NCBI GenBank assembly: GCA_052327205.1
Contig: CM126207.1
Location: 248,806,001 to 248,870,000 of the forward strand
Reading direction: 5' to 3'
From: Somniosus microcephalus
Taxonomy: Eukaryota
DNA length: 64,000 nt
The position numbers and the translations under genes are program-made. Positions 26,561 to 38,230 of the stretch are shown here, piece by piece; the first letter of the stretch is position 1, and every line of letters starts with the position of its first letter. Under the pieces are notes generated by a model. That model was not told the DNA's origin, made no database searches, and was given only the letters and a program-made list of their open reading frames with translations.

Positions 26561-29157
26561 ACATAGAAACATAGAAGATAGGAGCAGGAGTAGGCCATTC
26601 GGCCCCTCGAGCCTGCTCCGCCATTTAATGAGATCATGGCTGATCATCCAAACTCAGTACCCTGTTCCTGCTTTCTCCCCATATCCCTTGATCCCTTTAG
26701 CCTTAAGAAATATATCCAACTCCTTCTTGAATATATTTAATGAATTGGCCTCAATTGCCTTTTGTGGTAGAGAATTCCACAGGTTCACCACTCTCTGGGT
26801 GAAGAAATTCCTCCTCATCTCTGTCCTAAATGGCTTACCCCTTATCCTTAGACTGTGACCCCTGGTTCTGGACTCCCCCGCCATCGGGACCATCCTTCCT
26901 GCATCTAGTCTGTCTAGTCCTGTTAGAATTTTATAAGTTTCAATGAGATCCCCTCTCATTCTTCTAAACTCCAGCGAATATAAGCCCAATCGACCCAATC
27001 TCTCCTCATACGTCATTCCTGCCATCCCAGGTATCAGTCTGGTGAATCTTCGCTGCACTACCTCCATGGCAAGAACGTCCTTCCTCAGATAAGGCGACCA
27101 AAACTGCACACAATACTCAAGATGTGGCCTCACCAAGGCCCTGTACAACTGCAGCAAGACATCCTTGTTCCTGTACTCGAATCCTCTCGCTATGAAGGCC
27201 AACATACCATTTGCCTTCTTAACCACCTGCTGCACCTGCATGCTTACCTTCAGTGACTGGTGCACAAGGACACCCAGGTCTCGTTGCACTTCCCCTTCTC
27301 CCAATCTATTACCGTTCCGATAATAATCTGCCTTCCTGTTTTTGCCACCAAAGTGGATAACCTCACATTTATCCACATTATACTGCATCTGCCATGCTTC
27401 TGCCCAATCACCCAACCTGTCCAAATCATACTGGAGTTTCTCAGCATCCTCCTCACAGCACACACGCCCACCCAGCTTTTGTCGTCCGCAAACTTGGAGA
27501 TATTGGGGCAGAAATTCGGGTTTCCACAGGTGAGTCCGCATGGGGTACTCACCCGTAGGCCCGATGGAAGTGCCGGTTTTCTGCATGCACTGCGCATGCG
27601 CGGGAAACCGGCACTTCCGTTCCTCTGAACGAAGAGGTTCAGAGGTCGAACACGTGCGCGGGGGAGGCTGCGCGTGCGCATCGAACTTCAGTTTTTTTTT
27701 TACAGGTTTTCCCGAGAACGTAAGCCTGCAGACGTTAGAAATATAAAAAGCAGGCGTAAGACCTGCTTTTTACAAGGTAAGTGGTGAATTTATTAAAATT
27801 AAAACATTTTTTCCACAGGTTTATTATTTTTAAATACTTTAAAGCAAGGCAAGTTTATTTTTAGCCCCGTTAGAAAATAAAATTATTTTTTTCAAAAATT
27901 TTAATTATTGTTTAAAATAGCTTTTTCATGTAATTTATACTTTATTTAAAAAATGTGATTTTTAAAAATTTTATTTGTAGATTTAGTGCTATTTTGGGGC
28001 CGTAGTATTTATAAGTCTTGACAGCACTTCCTGTCAGACTTATGAATGGAGCATTCCCTGCTCCGATTGGCTGCCCATGGCCCACGTGATCCCAGGGGAT
28101 GCATCGAACTAACTGCGCCCCTGGGATACGCAAGCACTGCACACCGGCAGCTGGACCAGGCCCCGGATCGGAATTCCACGGGGTCCCACAGCTCAACGGC
28201 CGGCGCGCAAGGTAAGTGCAGATCGGGGGCTTGCACCCGCGGGAAGCCCCTGACCTGAATTTCTGGGCCAATACATCTAGTTCCCTCGTCTAGATCATTA
28301 ATATATATTGTGAATAGCTGAGGTCCTAGCACCGATCCCTGCGGTACCCCACTAGTCACTGCCTGCCACTCAGAAAAAGACCCATTTATTCCAACTCTTT
28401 GCTTCCTGTCTGCCAACCAGTTCTCTATCCAAGTCAGTACCTTACCCCCAATCCCATGTGTTTTAACGTTACACGCTAATCTCTTATGCGGGACCTTATC
28501 GAAAGCCTTCTGAAAGTCCAAATACACCACATCCACTGGTTCTCCCTTATCTATTCTACCAGTTACATCCTCAAAAAATTCCAGTAGATTAGTCAAGCAC
28601 GATTTACCTTTTGTAAATCCATGTTGACTTTGTCCGATCCTGTCACTGTTTTCCAAGTGCTCTGCTATTACATCTTTTATAATGGACTCTAGCATTTTCA
28701 CCACTACCGATGTCAGGCTTACCGGTCTATAATTCCCCGTTTTCTCTCTACCACCTTTTTTGAATAGTGGGGTTACATTAGCTACCCTCCAATCCATGGG
28801 AACTGTTCCAGAGTCTATAGAATTTTGGAAGATGACCAGCAATGGATCTACTATTTCTAGGGCCACTTCCTTAAGTACCCTCAGATGTAGATTATCAGGC
28901 CCTGGGGATTTATCAGCCTTCAATCCCATCAATTTCCCTAACACCATTTTCCTACAAATACTGATTTCATTCAGTTCCTCCCTCTCATTAGACCCTATGT
29001 TCCCCGACATCTCTGGGAGGTTATTTGTGTCCTCCTTTGTGAAGACAGAACCAAAGTATGTATTTAATTAGTCTGCCATTTCTTTGTTCCCCATTATAAA
29101 TTCCCCTGATTCTGACTGCAAGGGACCTACGCGTGACTTCACCAATCTTTTTCTCTT
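26561..29157 (-). mobile_element. 5'-truncated CR1 LINE (RT domain through 3' tail), interrupted by a MITE
   Basis: Encodes KSPGPDNLH..., [58 protein letters not shown] and SKFADD, then one frameshift and the C-terminal HLEYCVQFWSP. The tail is (TTCTATGT)n. Confidence 0.95.
27505..28269. mobile_element. Harbinger-type MITE (765 bp) inserted in the CR1 RT domain
   Basis: TIRs GGGGCAGAAATTCGGG / CCTGAATTTCTGGGCC with flanks ATT and AAT (imperfect 3-bp TSD). CpG-rich ends surround an AT-rich core. Removing it restores EGTRC-NISKFADD. Confidence 0.88.
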
Positions 29158-30534
29158 GGTAACTTGTGTATTGCTGATAATATTGTGAAGCTGAGACTTT
29201 TTCCCCGTGCACACATTAAGCCCTTTTGAACAAGTAAATTTTTTTTGAGATTTGACAATCAGGAATCTGAACTTGTGGAAAAGTTTCAGCTGTCTTAACC
29301 CAGATGAACCTACTATTTGCCACAGACTTCAGTCCACTCCCACCGTCAAAATCTAACAGTGATAAAGCCTTCAGATGACGGCGTCACAACAGAGGATTGT
29401 TTCCCAATCAAAATCCTTGGACTGCGAGCATTTTACAGCATATGACAAGGTGTTAGGCAGGACCACCCGCTTGCAGCAATGCTGTGATATGTTGTAACAG
29501 TCAATTTTTTAAAAAGACATTATTTGACAACCTTTTTAAATAGAATAAAGCACTAATTCCTCCACTGCCCACATTTAACATGGCTGCTGCAACACTGCCC
29601 GACAGCTTTCTGCTCCACGTTACGAGACCTACAAGATTTACCCAGTTGCATTACCTTCCTGGTTACTGAGTCTGCTGTATCATCGCATTCGCAGTCCACC
29701 AGCCAGTTCCAGATGAGTGGAAGAAACAGTCATGTTCAATCTGGTATTGCCACTACTGATCTGACAGTATAGCTCTCATGCACAGCATTGTTGTCCGAGT
29801 GTGCTCCTTTTGGTGATAGTCAGCTCTGCCATCTTTTGCCACATCCAAAAGCAAAAGTGAGACAGGCAGGATAGAGGTGGGATCATGGCTTGAGTTTTAT
29901 TTGGTGATTATGAAAATGAATTGAAAACCTTGCCAACTGACAGCCCCAATGTCATAAGTGGAGGAGGAAAATTGGAATTCTGTTTTAGGTTTCCAAATGT
30001 CCTGCTAGTTGGACTCTACAGTCAGAACTTGGTTGGGTTATAGCCCTGGTGTGGGTTTAGCAGTGGAGCACATCACCTCAGGAGCGAGGGAAAGTGCACC
30101 TTTCTCAATAGATGGAGTCTGTACTATACTATCAGCCTTCTTCCACTGGCAAAATGTGCACAGAATTTTATCTGGCAGCTTGACAGCGGACCATTGGAAC
30201 TGCAAACAAGACCATCATCACCGCCATATCCTGCACTTTAATGCTTTCAGAAGCATGGCAGCATCTGTTGGTTGGTGAAACTCTGCTTTAACCTACCTGA
30301 CTGTTATTGCTGATAACAAAATGGATTCAGTCTGCCTACAAAAGTTTGTGATTAGTAAAATTATAAGTCACTGACTAGCAAATACAAAAAAAGTCTAAAA
30401 AGCCCAAGATATAATTTCTAACTATTTATTCTCAAGAAGGTCCCCTAATTTTCTATGGAATTTATCTAGTCATCTTTGTAACTATTCAAGTAGAATGAAT
30501 ATTTAAGCTTTATCACAAACTACTTCAAGCTTCC

Positions 30535-30830
30535 CCAATGGCCTAGTGGGCAAAGCTACTGAAGTCATAAAATTGCAGGTTGGATACCTGGCCTGGTGTG
30601 AGCCAGGGGTTGCCACACTCCTGATTACTACCCAGGGACCCTTGCTGAAAACTGCACACGTGGACATTGGTTGAGGACGCGATCACACCTGGCTGTGATG
30701 CCCTCTATAAGTGAATAGCCCATTGACACTCACTGCCTAGCTTCACATATGAAGAATGGTCACTTTGGTAAGATACTGGAGGTTGCTGATGACCATGGGT
30801 CTCTATGTTGTAGGGAGTGTCAGTAAGGAA
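30535..30830 (+). mobile_element. Degenerate tRNA-derived SINE
   Basis: A-box-like TGGCCTAGTGG and B-box-like GGTTGGATACC; the body is shared with 2365-2700. Confidence 0.55.
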
Positions 30831-33800
30831 GGAAAGGAAAGAGAATTACATCAACTGTCTTACTCCCAATTCCCAAGTATCAGCAACCTGAATTGATTAT
30901 TCTGTTTGCATGACAAGAGTGCTTAAAAGGACTTAAGCTTTTAATTTAGAACTATAAAATAAATTCAACTGTCCCTTTCCTTCTCTGAGAGAAGCAGAAA
31001 GCCTCTCAAGTGTCTCTATACTCTCTTGTACCAGCTACAATGAAAATTAACTCATTCCCATCTTAACCACTGAAAAAAACCTGTGGTTTTCATGCAATTC
31101 ATGAATTCTCAGCAACTGGGCCTAGAATGGAATCCAGACCAATGTTCTTAGTGTGTTTATTGGATGCTCTGTGGTTAATTAATGCTGCACTGTCCCAGTT
31201 TTGTTTGTCTACAAAGCTCTATTTTAACCCCATCAACATTTGTTACACAAACTACCCCACAAATGTCGTGACAATACCCTGGGCATTTCAAAATATTGAA
31301 CCTACAGAGATAACAAAATAAAAAAAGTTGTGCACTGTTGCCACAAGGTTTATGAGGAAGAAGCAAATCAGGAGCTCGGTGGTAGAGTTTCCATTCACAA
31401 AATACATGCAGTTGTGAAAATATACTTTCAAACAGCTTTATTGACAGGATGTTAATGTTATTGCTACTGCAGTAAACTAACCCTAAATAGTCCTGCAATG
31501 AGCTCATTTTTTATGCTTTTCAATTCCTATTAACAGTTCTTAAACAAAGAGAATACTGTATTGGTTACACTGGACTTGGCTTCTCATAATCAAAGGCCTA
31601 CAAAACTTGCAGTGCCTTTGACTATTTTATGCTTGTCCTACATTTTATTCCAAGGACATGAATTATAATTTTACTATGCCAGAAATACAACCATGCAATG
31701 CAGGTTTTTTTTTAAATGAAGCAACACAGCATTTCTCAATCTGTGGCCCCAGGCTCAGCCATGAACCTTGACAGCAAGGCCAGTGGGACACCAAGATGTT
31801 GAGGGGGGGGGGGGGGGGGGGGAAATCAACGTTTTAAAATCTGTATTCATTCCATGTACATATCGCGAGCCCTGGACTAGGGTCAGGTCAGTCAGAGTGA
31901 GCCTTGTATACAAAAGAGTGAGAAGCACTGGCCTAATGGCCCTAATCTGCAAGGTGTTAAGGCAGAATGTGGTTGAAAGTTTACATTGAATCCCCTAAGG
32001 AACAGAATATCACAGCACTGATGGAGATTTACTGATGCTCTTTCACATGTGTGAGAGCCATTATAATGGCTGCTACTGCATGAAGATTTTATTTTTGATA
32101 GTCTTCAATGTAGTTTTTGTGGTCCAAAAGGGTTAGACTGTGATTGCAGGATTCACAACATTGAGGCAAATAGGCCCTGAAGTATGCATGATGGACACGT
32201 AAGTAACCATTGTTATTCTTTTCAATAGCTACACCATCAAAGTTTAATTCTGGCCAGCAGCTTGTTGGGTTAAGCATTTTGAATGAGAACAGCTGCAACG
32301 GTGGTATTGATATACTGTACTTAATTCAGTTGAAATTTCCTGATTGTGAAAAATACCTGATCTGAGCCTGTTATTCATTTAATCAATAGGCTCAGTGTAG
32401 ACCTGGGGCCTCACGCAAGCCTGTCAGGTCACATTCAGGCCTTTGATGTAACAAAAGCAATTATTACATTCCTGGTGATGAGCGGTACCTGCCTGCTGCA
32501 CAACAGAACACTGCCTGTGTCGACACCCTTTTTACTGTGCACAGCCCTGCTGGAAAGGGACACATGATATTTCTACCCAAAACATAAATATATATCCTCC
32601 CCTTGGAGCAGGTTGCCACTTCTGAGCAGATCTTTAGTGCAGGCCCCATTTCCCTTATCCTGAGTTTTGTTGCCAATGCACAGCCATTTAATCATCTCTG
32701 TCTTTGTACAGCCTCTTCGACACTCAGCAGAAAATATATAGCATACAAACTCATTGTTGCTAGCGCAACGTCGGAAGGCAGGATTTTAAAACATATTTAG
32801 GGTCTCGTTCTGTAGTTTATTCATTCATCAGGTCACAGAAGGGGTTTTGGACAGGGTGTCAGTATTTTTATAAATATATACTTAACTCTCACATCAACTT
32901 TAAAAAAAAATTACAGTGCAGGAAACTGACAAAGTTATAGATAAATTCAGAAATAATAACAGTTACCTTTCAATTCAACTATACACACAGTTTCAGTGAC
33001 AAAATATTCCATTCTCTGTATGAGGCATCCAAAATTAAGCTAATGCAAAGCACCGGACATCAAGCAGCTACTGAATATTTTTTACCCAGGATTGATGGTG
33101 GGTGGGGGGGAAGCACTGCTGGGTTATAATATACATTAAAAGTTTTCCTCGTCTCGAAAAATTCAGCAACACTGGCTTCAACCTAAGTGAATTCCACTTT
33201 GAAAGAAATCTCTAAGGGTTAAAAAGGTAATAGAATTATAAGATTTATACCATTTTGCTTCACTGTGCCAAAGAATGTATAAATTAATTAGAAGCAACCC
33301 TCCTTGATAATGTCTATCCCATTCCTTGTGTATGTATAAACGCTTAGAGCGTTCTAAAAGGCAACTTTTAAAAGGTAGCTTTTTTTTTAAATGTTACAAT
33401 TTAAAAGCTGGAGGAACTCTACTGCTCAACAGTTGAAACTGAATTGATTACAACTATGAATAAACCAACTTCAGCAAATGCAGACAGCAGGAAAAGGGAG
33501 AAGGAGTACATTAGAGATTTCAACTGCGATAGGACCTACACTTGCACTCACTCTGTAACTGGCATCTGGAGCGGATTTGCTACAACAGACATTGAAGAAC
33601 TAGATTACATCCAGTTAACTGAGCTCTAAACTGATTATGCATGTGCCAAACTAATGGATTACATTTGCAAGAGGAAAAATAACATCCAATCAATCTCAAT
33701 TACTGCAGACCACACCAGCCTAGATAAACTTGAAAGTATCCAGCAACTACCCGCAACTGCACCTCCCCTCCCCACCAATAGTTTTACATATCGGGCTCAG

Positions 33801-33991
33801 TACATTCAGTCAGAAACAAAAGTAGCTGATGGAGAAATACCATCACTGTGTTGCAGCAAGCAGCAAATAGGCTGTAACCCTTTCTGTGGGTTGTCTATCC
33901 CAATATTTACTAACGAGTTTGTGGTTTGTCTCCATCGTTTCAAGTCGGCCGCCTGTGATATTGTGCACACTGTGGGGGGGGGTGGGTGAGG

Positions 33992-34137
33992 GAGGGTGAA
34001 ATTCGACTTCGGTTGGGTTATAAAGCGAGTGGCAGCAGTTTGGCTGCCCCATTATACACCCCACTTGGGCGGAGTGTATAAAGGTGGCCAATCAGGTAAT
34101 GACCGTTTCTTGCCACTGCCAGTTGAATTTCACCCCC
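33992..34137. mobile_element. Short (146 bp) Harbinger-type MITE
   Basis: TIRs GAGGGTGAAATTCGACT / AGTTGAATTTCACCCCC (15/17 match) and an internal inverted repeat TTATACAC...GTGTATAA. No clear TSD. Confidence 0.6.
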
Positions 34138-35239
34138 AGAGTGTGGGGATTAAGTGCAGTTTTCAGGTCGAGTGGGTTTAGAGGGCAGGGGATAATTGGA
34201 CGAGGCCATGCACGTGTAATTCAATCCCCATTTTAAAGCCATACATCCTATCCGTATTTTTATATTCCATTGTAAATTCCCTATGTCCACATTTATATTG
34301 GGAACTACCTATGTAAACCTGTTGGGCTGTAATTCAGACGTCTGGCAGTCGTGGTGCAGCAATGCCTCTGCTGGCAGGAGAGTGTAATTACAGTGTTACA
34401 ACTTTACACAGGAAGTTTATAGCAGAGAAAATTGACAGGAAATACTTGTAGATGCAAGATTTTTAATATATATGTCATTCTATTTGTGTTTTTGCAGAAA
34501 GGAACTGTTTATAGAAGGTAGGCTAAAATTTTGGCTTAATGGAGCCTAAAGTGGCCCAAAAATTGATTTTTAAAAAAAGAAAACAATAGGACTTTTGGAA
34601 TAATAGAGCACCGAAAGACCAATCAGAGGCCCCGCGCTCAACTCCCAGCTTCAACTTTTATGGGAACTTGCTTTCCCCTCAATGGGTGAAGATCAGCAAG
34701 TCCCAGCCAGGCCACCAGGAGGAGCACTTGGAGCTTGGAGAATGCTCTGTCCACAGGAGAGGGAAAGGGAGGAGGGGAATGGCCTTGGTGAAGCCCATAT
34801 TCTAGACCGGACCACCATCCCAGAGAATGGAGCAGGTATGGTGGAAGAAGGGAGGCGCAAGGACCTAAATGGGGAAAGTATAAATTTTAAATAGTTGAGT
34901 ATTAAGAATGTCTATACGGTTAACAGTATGTAGTTTATTTATGCATCGATACAGTGTTCAGTGTAATTTATAAATCAAAATATGTAGCCGTTTGTGATAA
35001 AATAAAACATCAGCAATAAAAATTAAAGTGAACTGCATTAAGAGGCACTCTGCTGTAAGAAGCTTTTGAAGCTTTATTTTAAGTACACACACACTCACAG
35101 GATGGGGAAGAGAAAAGAATACATGCTGCCCTAAGTTTGGAGGGGGCAGCACTTTGCATGTATACTGTCCTGTCCCAGGAGATGACGCAGTATGAGAAAA
35201 TGGGAGAACCAAGGTGGAGATGAACAGCTGTTATCTGTA

Positions 35240-35890
35240 AGCTTTTGCATCAGCATGGTGCCAATACTGAAGTAAAACATCAATATACTGTAATGTTTAC
35301 TGAAAGAACTGATCTACACATAGTGAGAATGATGTTTCTTTATCACCCTCTTACTAAAATAAATCCCTCAATGTCCTTTTCTTTTGACACTCTAAACTTT
35401 AAATTGTGTCTGCTAATCCTCAAATCCTATTGCCAACAGAAAAATCCAAATTTTCCACACTTGTAAAAAAAATTGAAAGACCTCTAGCAAGTCCCCCCTC
35501 ATCGTCCTCTTCTCCAGGGAGTAAAGTCCCAGGGTAGACAACTTTTCCTAATTTCTCAGCCCTCGAGGGAGCAGCTTCATAACCCTCCTCTGGACTTGGT
35601 CCAATAATTCTACATCTCTCCTTTATTAAGGAGGCCAAAACTGAACACCTACTCCAGGTCTGGGCTTAACTGAGGCCAGATACAATTTCAAATTCGCCTC
35701 CTTGTATTTCTAACTCACACCCTAACTGTACATACTAACACTTTATTTGCTTTCTTCATCACCTGCAAACATGGTATGAACAGTTTTAATGACCTACCCA
35801 CCAATACTCCCATTATTTCTTTTCTGTTCTGCTACCTCACAGACCATTCAATATGTACGCTACATTATTGCTTCTTCTATGTAATTTCCT
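35240..35890 (-). mobile_element. Old, degenerate CR1-group LINE fragment
   Basis: The minus strand near 35480-35670 gives remnants of LGLYSLE.RRMRGDLLEV and the VQFW motif. Boundaries are approximate. Confidence 0.5.
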
Positions 35891-35904
35891 GACTTCATAT
35901 GTAT

Positions 35905-36210
35905 CTTTTGGATGAAACATCACACCAAGGCCCTGTCTGCCTACTCAGGTGGATGTAAAAGACCCTGTGGCACTATTTGAAGAGCAGGGAAGTTGTCCTG
36001 GCCAAAATTTATTCCTCAACCAACACCTCTAAAAACAGACTAAATGGTCACTTGTCTCATTGCTGTTTGGTTGACATTGCAACGCACAAATCGGCTACAG
36101 TGCTTGCCTACAAAACAACAGTGACTACACTTCAAAAGGACTTAATTAGCTGTGAAGTGCTTTCCGATGTCCTGAGGATATGAAAGATGCTCGATTAATG
36201 CAAGTTTTTT
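35905..36210 (+). mobile_element. Deu-domain SINE (SacSINE1/AmnSINE-like), 3' part
   Basis: ggatgtaaaagaccctgtggcactatttgaagagcaggg...tgtcctggccaaaatttat resembles the Deu domain; an L2-like tail ends in aatgcaagtttttt. Confidence 0.75.
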
Positions 36211-36321
36211 CATTACACTATTTTCGACAAAAGCCATCCCTACAGTCTGAGTGGGCCTACTAATTACTGTTGAGTATATAGTTTTGTGCTGTGGGCCCAC
36301 AACCATTGAGAATTTGGATTA

Positions 36322-37107
36322 GACTGCCCAAACTCTGCGAGGAACCTTGCTGAGCCAGAGAGAGAGAGCTACTGCCCAAACTCTGCGAGGACCCTTGCTG
36401 AGCCAGAGAGAGAGAGCTACTGCCCAAACTCTGCGAGGAACCTTGCTGAGCCAGAGAGAGAGAGCTACTGCCCAAACTCTGCGAGGACCCTTGCTGAGCC
36501 AGAGAGAGAGAGCTACTGCCCAAACTCTGCGAGGACCCTTGCTGAGCTAGAGAGAGAGAGAGCTACTGCCCAAACTCTGCGAGGACCCTTGCTGAGCCAG
36601 AGAGAGAGAGCTACTGCCCAAACTCTGTGAGGAACCTTGCTGAGCCAGAGAGAGAGAGCTACTGCCCAAACTCTGCGAGGAACCTTGCTGAGCCAGAGAG
36701 AGAGAGCTACTGCCCAAACTCTGCGAGGATCCTTGCTGAGTCAGAGAGAGAGAGAGAGCTACTGCCCAAACTCTGTGAGGACCCTTGCTGAGCCAGAGAG
36801 AGAGAGCTACTGCCCAAACTCTGCGAGGACCCTTGCTGAGCCAGGGAGAGAGAGCTACTGCCCAAACTCTGCGAGGACCCTTGCTGAGTCAGAGAGAGAG
36901 AGAGAGCTACTGCCCAAACTCTGCGAGGACCCTTGCTGAGCCAGAGAGAGAGAGAGAGCTACTGCCCAAACTCTGCGAGGACCCTTGCTGAGCCAGAGAG
37001 AGAGAGAGCTGCTGCCCAAACTCTGCGAGGAACCTTGCTGAGCCAGAGAGAGAGAGAGCTACTGCCCAAACTCTGCGAGGACCCTTGCTGAGCTAGAGAA
37101 AGAGCTA
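36322..37107. repeat. Minisatellite, about 16 x 48-52 bp CTACTGCCCAAACTCTGCGAGGA(C/A)CCTTGCTGAGCCA(GA)n
   Basis: Tandem units are directly visible; length varies only in the embedded GA microsatellite. Confidence 0.97.
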
Positions 37108-37675
37108 TTCTGATCCCATAAATCTGGCTGGATTCAAACCCAGGTTCCTAGAGATATGAAAGAACTGGACTCCACTCTGACTCACTATATCCACCAGCCC
37201 CAGGATGCAGTTTCTTTGAAGCTGTTTTAAATAAGTTTTTTCACTAGTCATACTCACTATTGTGTTCTGAATTATAGTCCTAGATAGGCTTAGAGAAGGT
37301 GGCACAGACTCTAGTTCTGATGTGCAGTTTGGTCTTTGAGCCTTTAGTCAGATTTCTGGCAGTTACTCACAAGAAAAGCAATTGAGACCAATTCACACTG
37401 TTCACACAAAGTCAGAAGGGAGCAGCCAATCATTGCGTTTGCCCTCTCGCCTTATTTTCTGGGACTGATATCAAAATCACAAATTGTGATATAACACATA
37501 TTCCTACATATTATTCACTAATGAGTCAATCTGTTAAATGTCAGCTGATCCTGACCGATATCCTGAGTACTGGATGACAGGAATAGTTGCCACAAGATAA
37601 TATGCATAGGCTGATTTCTGCCCATTCATAGTACATGGGCAAAAGACGTAGCATGATCCGTGTGTATATTTTATG

Positions 37676-38230
37676 AAAGAAAAGACTTGCATTTTTATAG
37701 CGCCTTTCACGACCACCGGACGTCCCAAAGCATTTTACAGCCAATGAAGTACTTTTGAAGTGGAGTCACTGTTGTACAGGAAACTTTGGTTTATCCGGAG
37801 GTTGTATGTCCGGAATACTCGCACTAATGGCACAAATCAGGAGCCCTTTTTCTATAAGTTTTTTTAGTTCTCGTTCTTTTTTTTTCCCCAGTCAGGCACT
37901 GCAAGGTCTGTAGCTATAGCAACAGCTTCAGTTAGAGACGCTTGCCGCTGCAGCCGACTCTTTAGAAGCTGTTGCTAAGCAACAGTGTTTGTTGTCAGAT
38001 ACAGAGATGAAAACCTCCGTATGCTTCAACATTAACTTTGTATGTCCGGCAGTTTTGATAGATCGGCAACACGCCGGTCCTGTCGGTGCCGGATATCACA
38101 AAGTTTCCTGTAATGTAGGAAAGGCGGCCGCCAATTTGCACACAGCAAGCTCCCACAAACAGCAATGTGATAATGACCAGATAATCTGTTTTTGTTATGT
38201 TGGTTGAAGGATAAATATTGGCCAGGACAT
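37676..38230 (-). mobile_element. Deu-domain SINE 3' part, split by a Tigger-like MITE
   Basis: Reverse complement of the 35905-36210 family. ...gtcactgttgTA|insert|TAatgtaggaaa... rejoins cleanly. Confidence 0.8.
37777..38110. mobile_element. Tc1/mariner-superfamily (pogo/Tigger-like) MITE, 334 bp
   Basis: 22-bp TIRs CAGGAAACTTTGGTTTATCCGG / CCGGATATCACAAAGTTTCCTG (3 mismatches) with TA on both sides. Confidence 0.88.

Noticed and set aside
26654-29010. 310-aa and 333-aa RT ORFs as an active LINE or domesticated RT
   Set aside because: The element is 5'-truncated with no endonuclease, is split by a MITE and is frame-shifted right after FADD.
30535-30610. A/B-box-like motifs as a tRNA gene (also at 51612)
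   Set aside because: No cloverleaf is evident, and the motifs continue into SINE bodies.
36322-37107. Regular repeat array that superficially resembles CRISPR (also 12651-12905 and 63077-63328)
   Set aside because: The units are head-to-tail with no unique spacers, there are no cas genes, and the context is a vertebrate intron.
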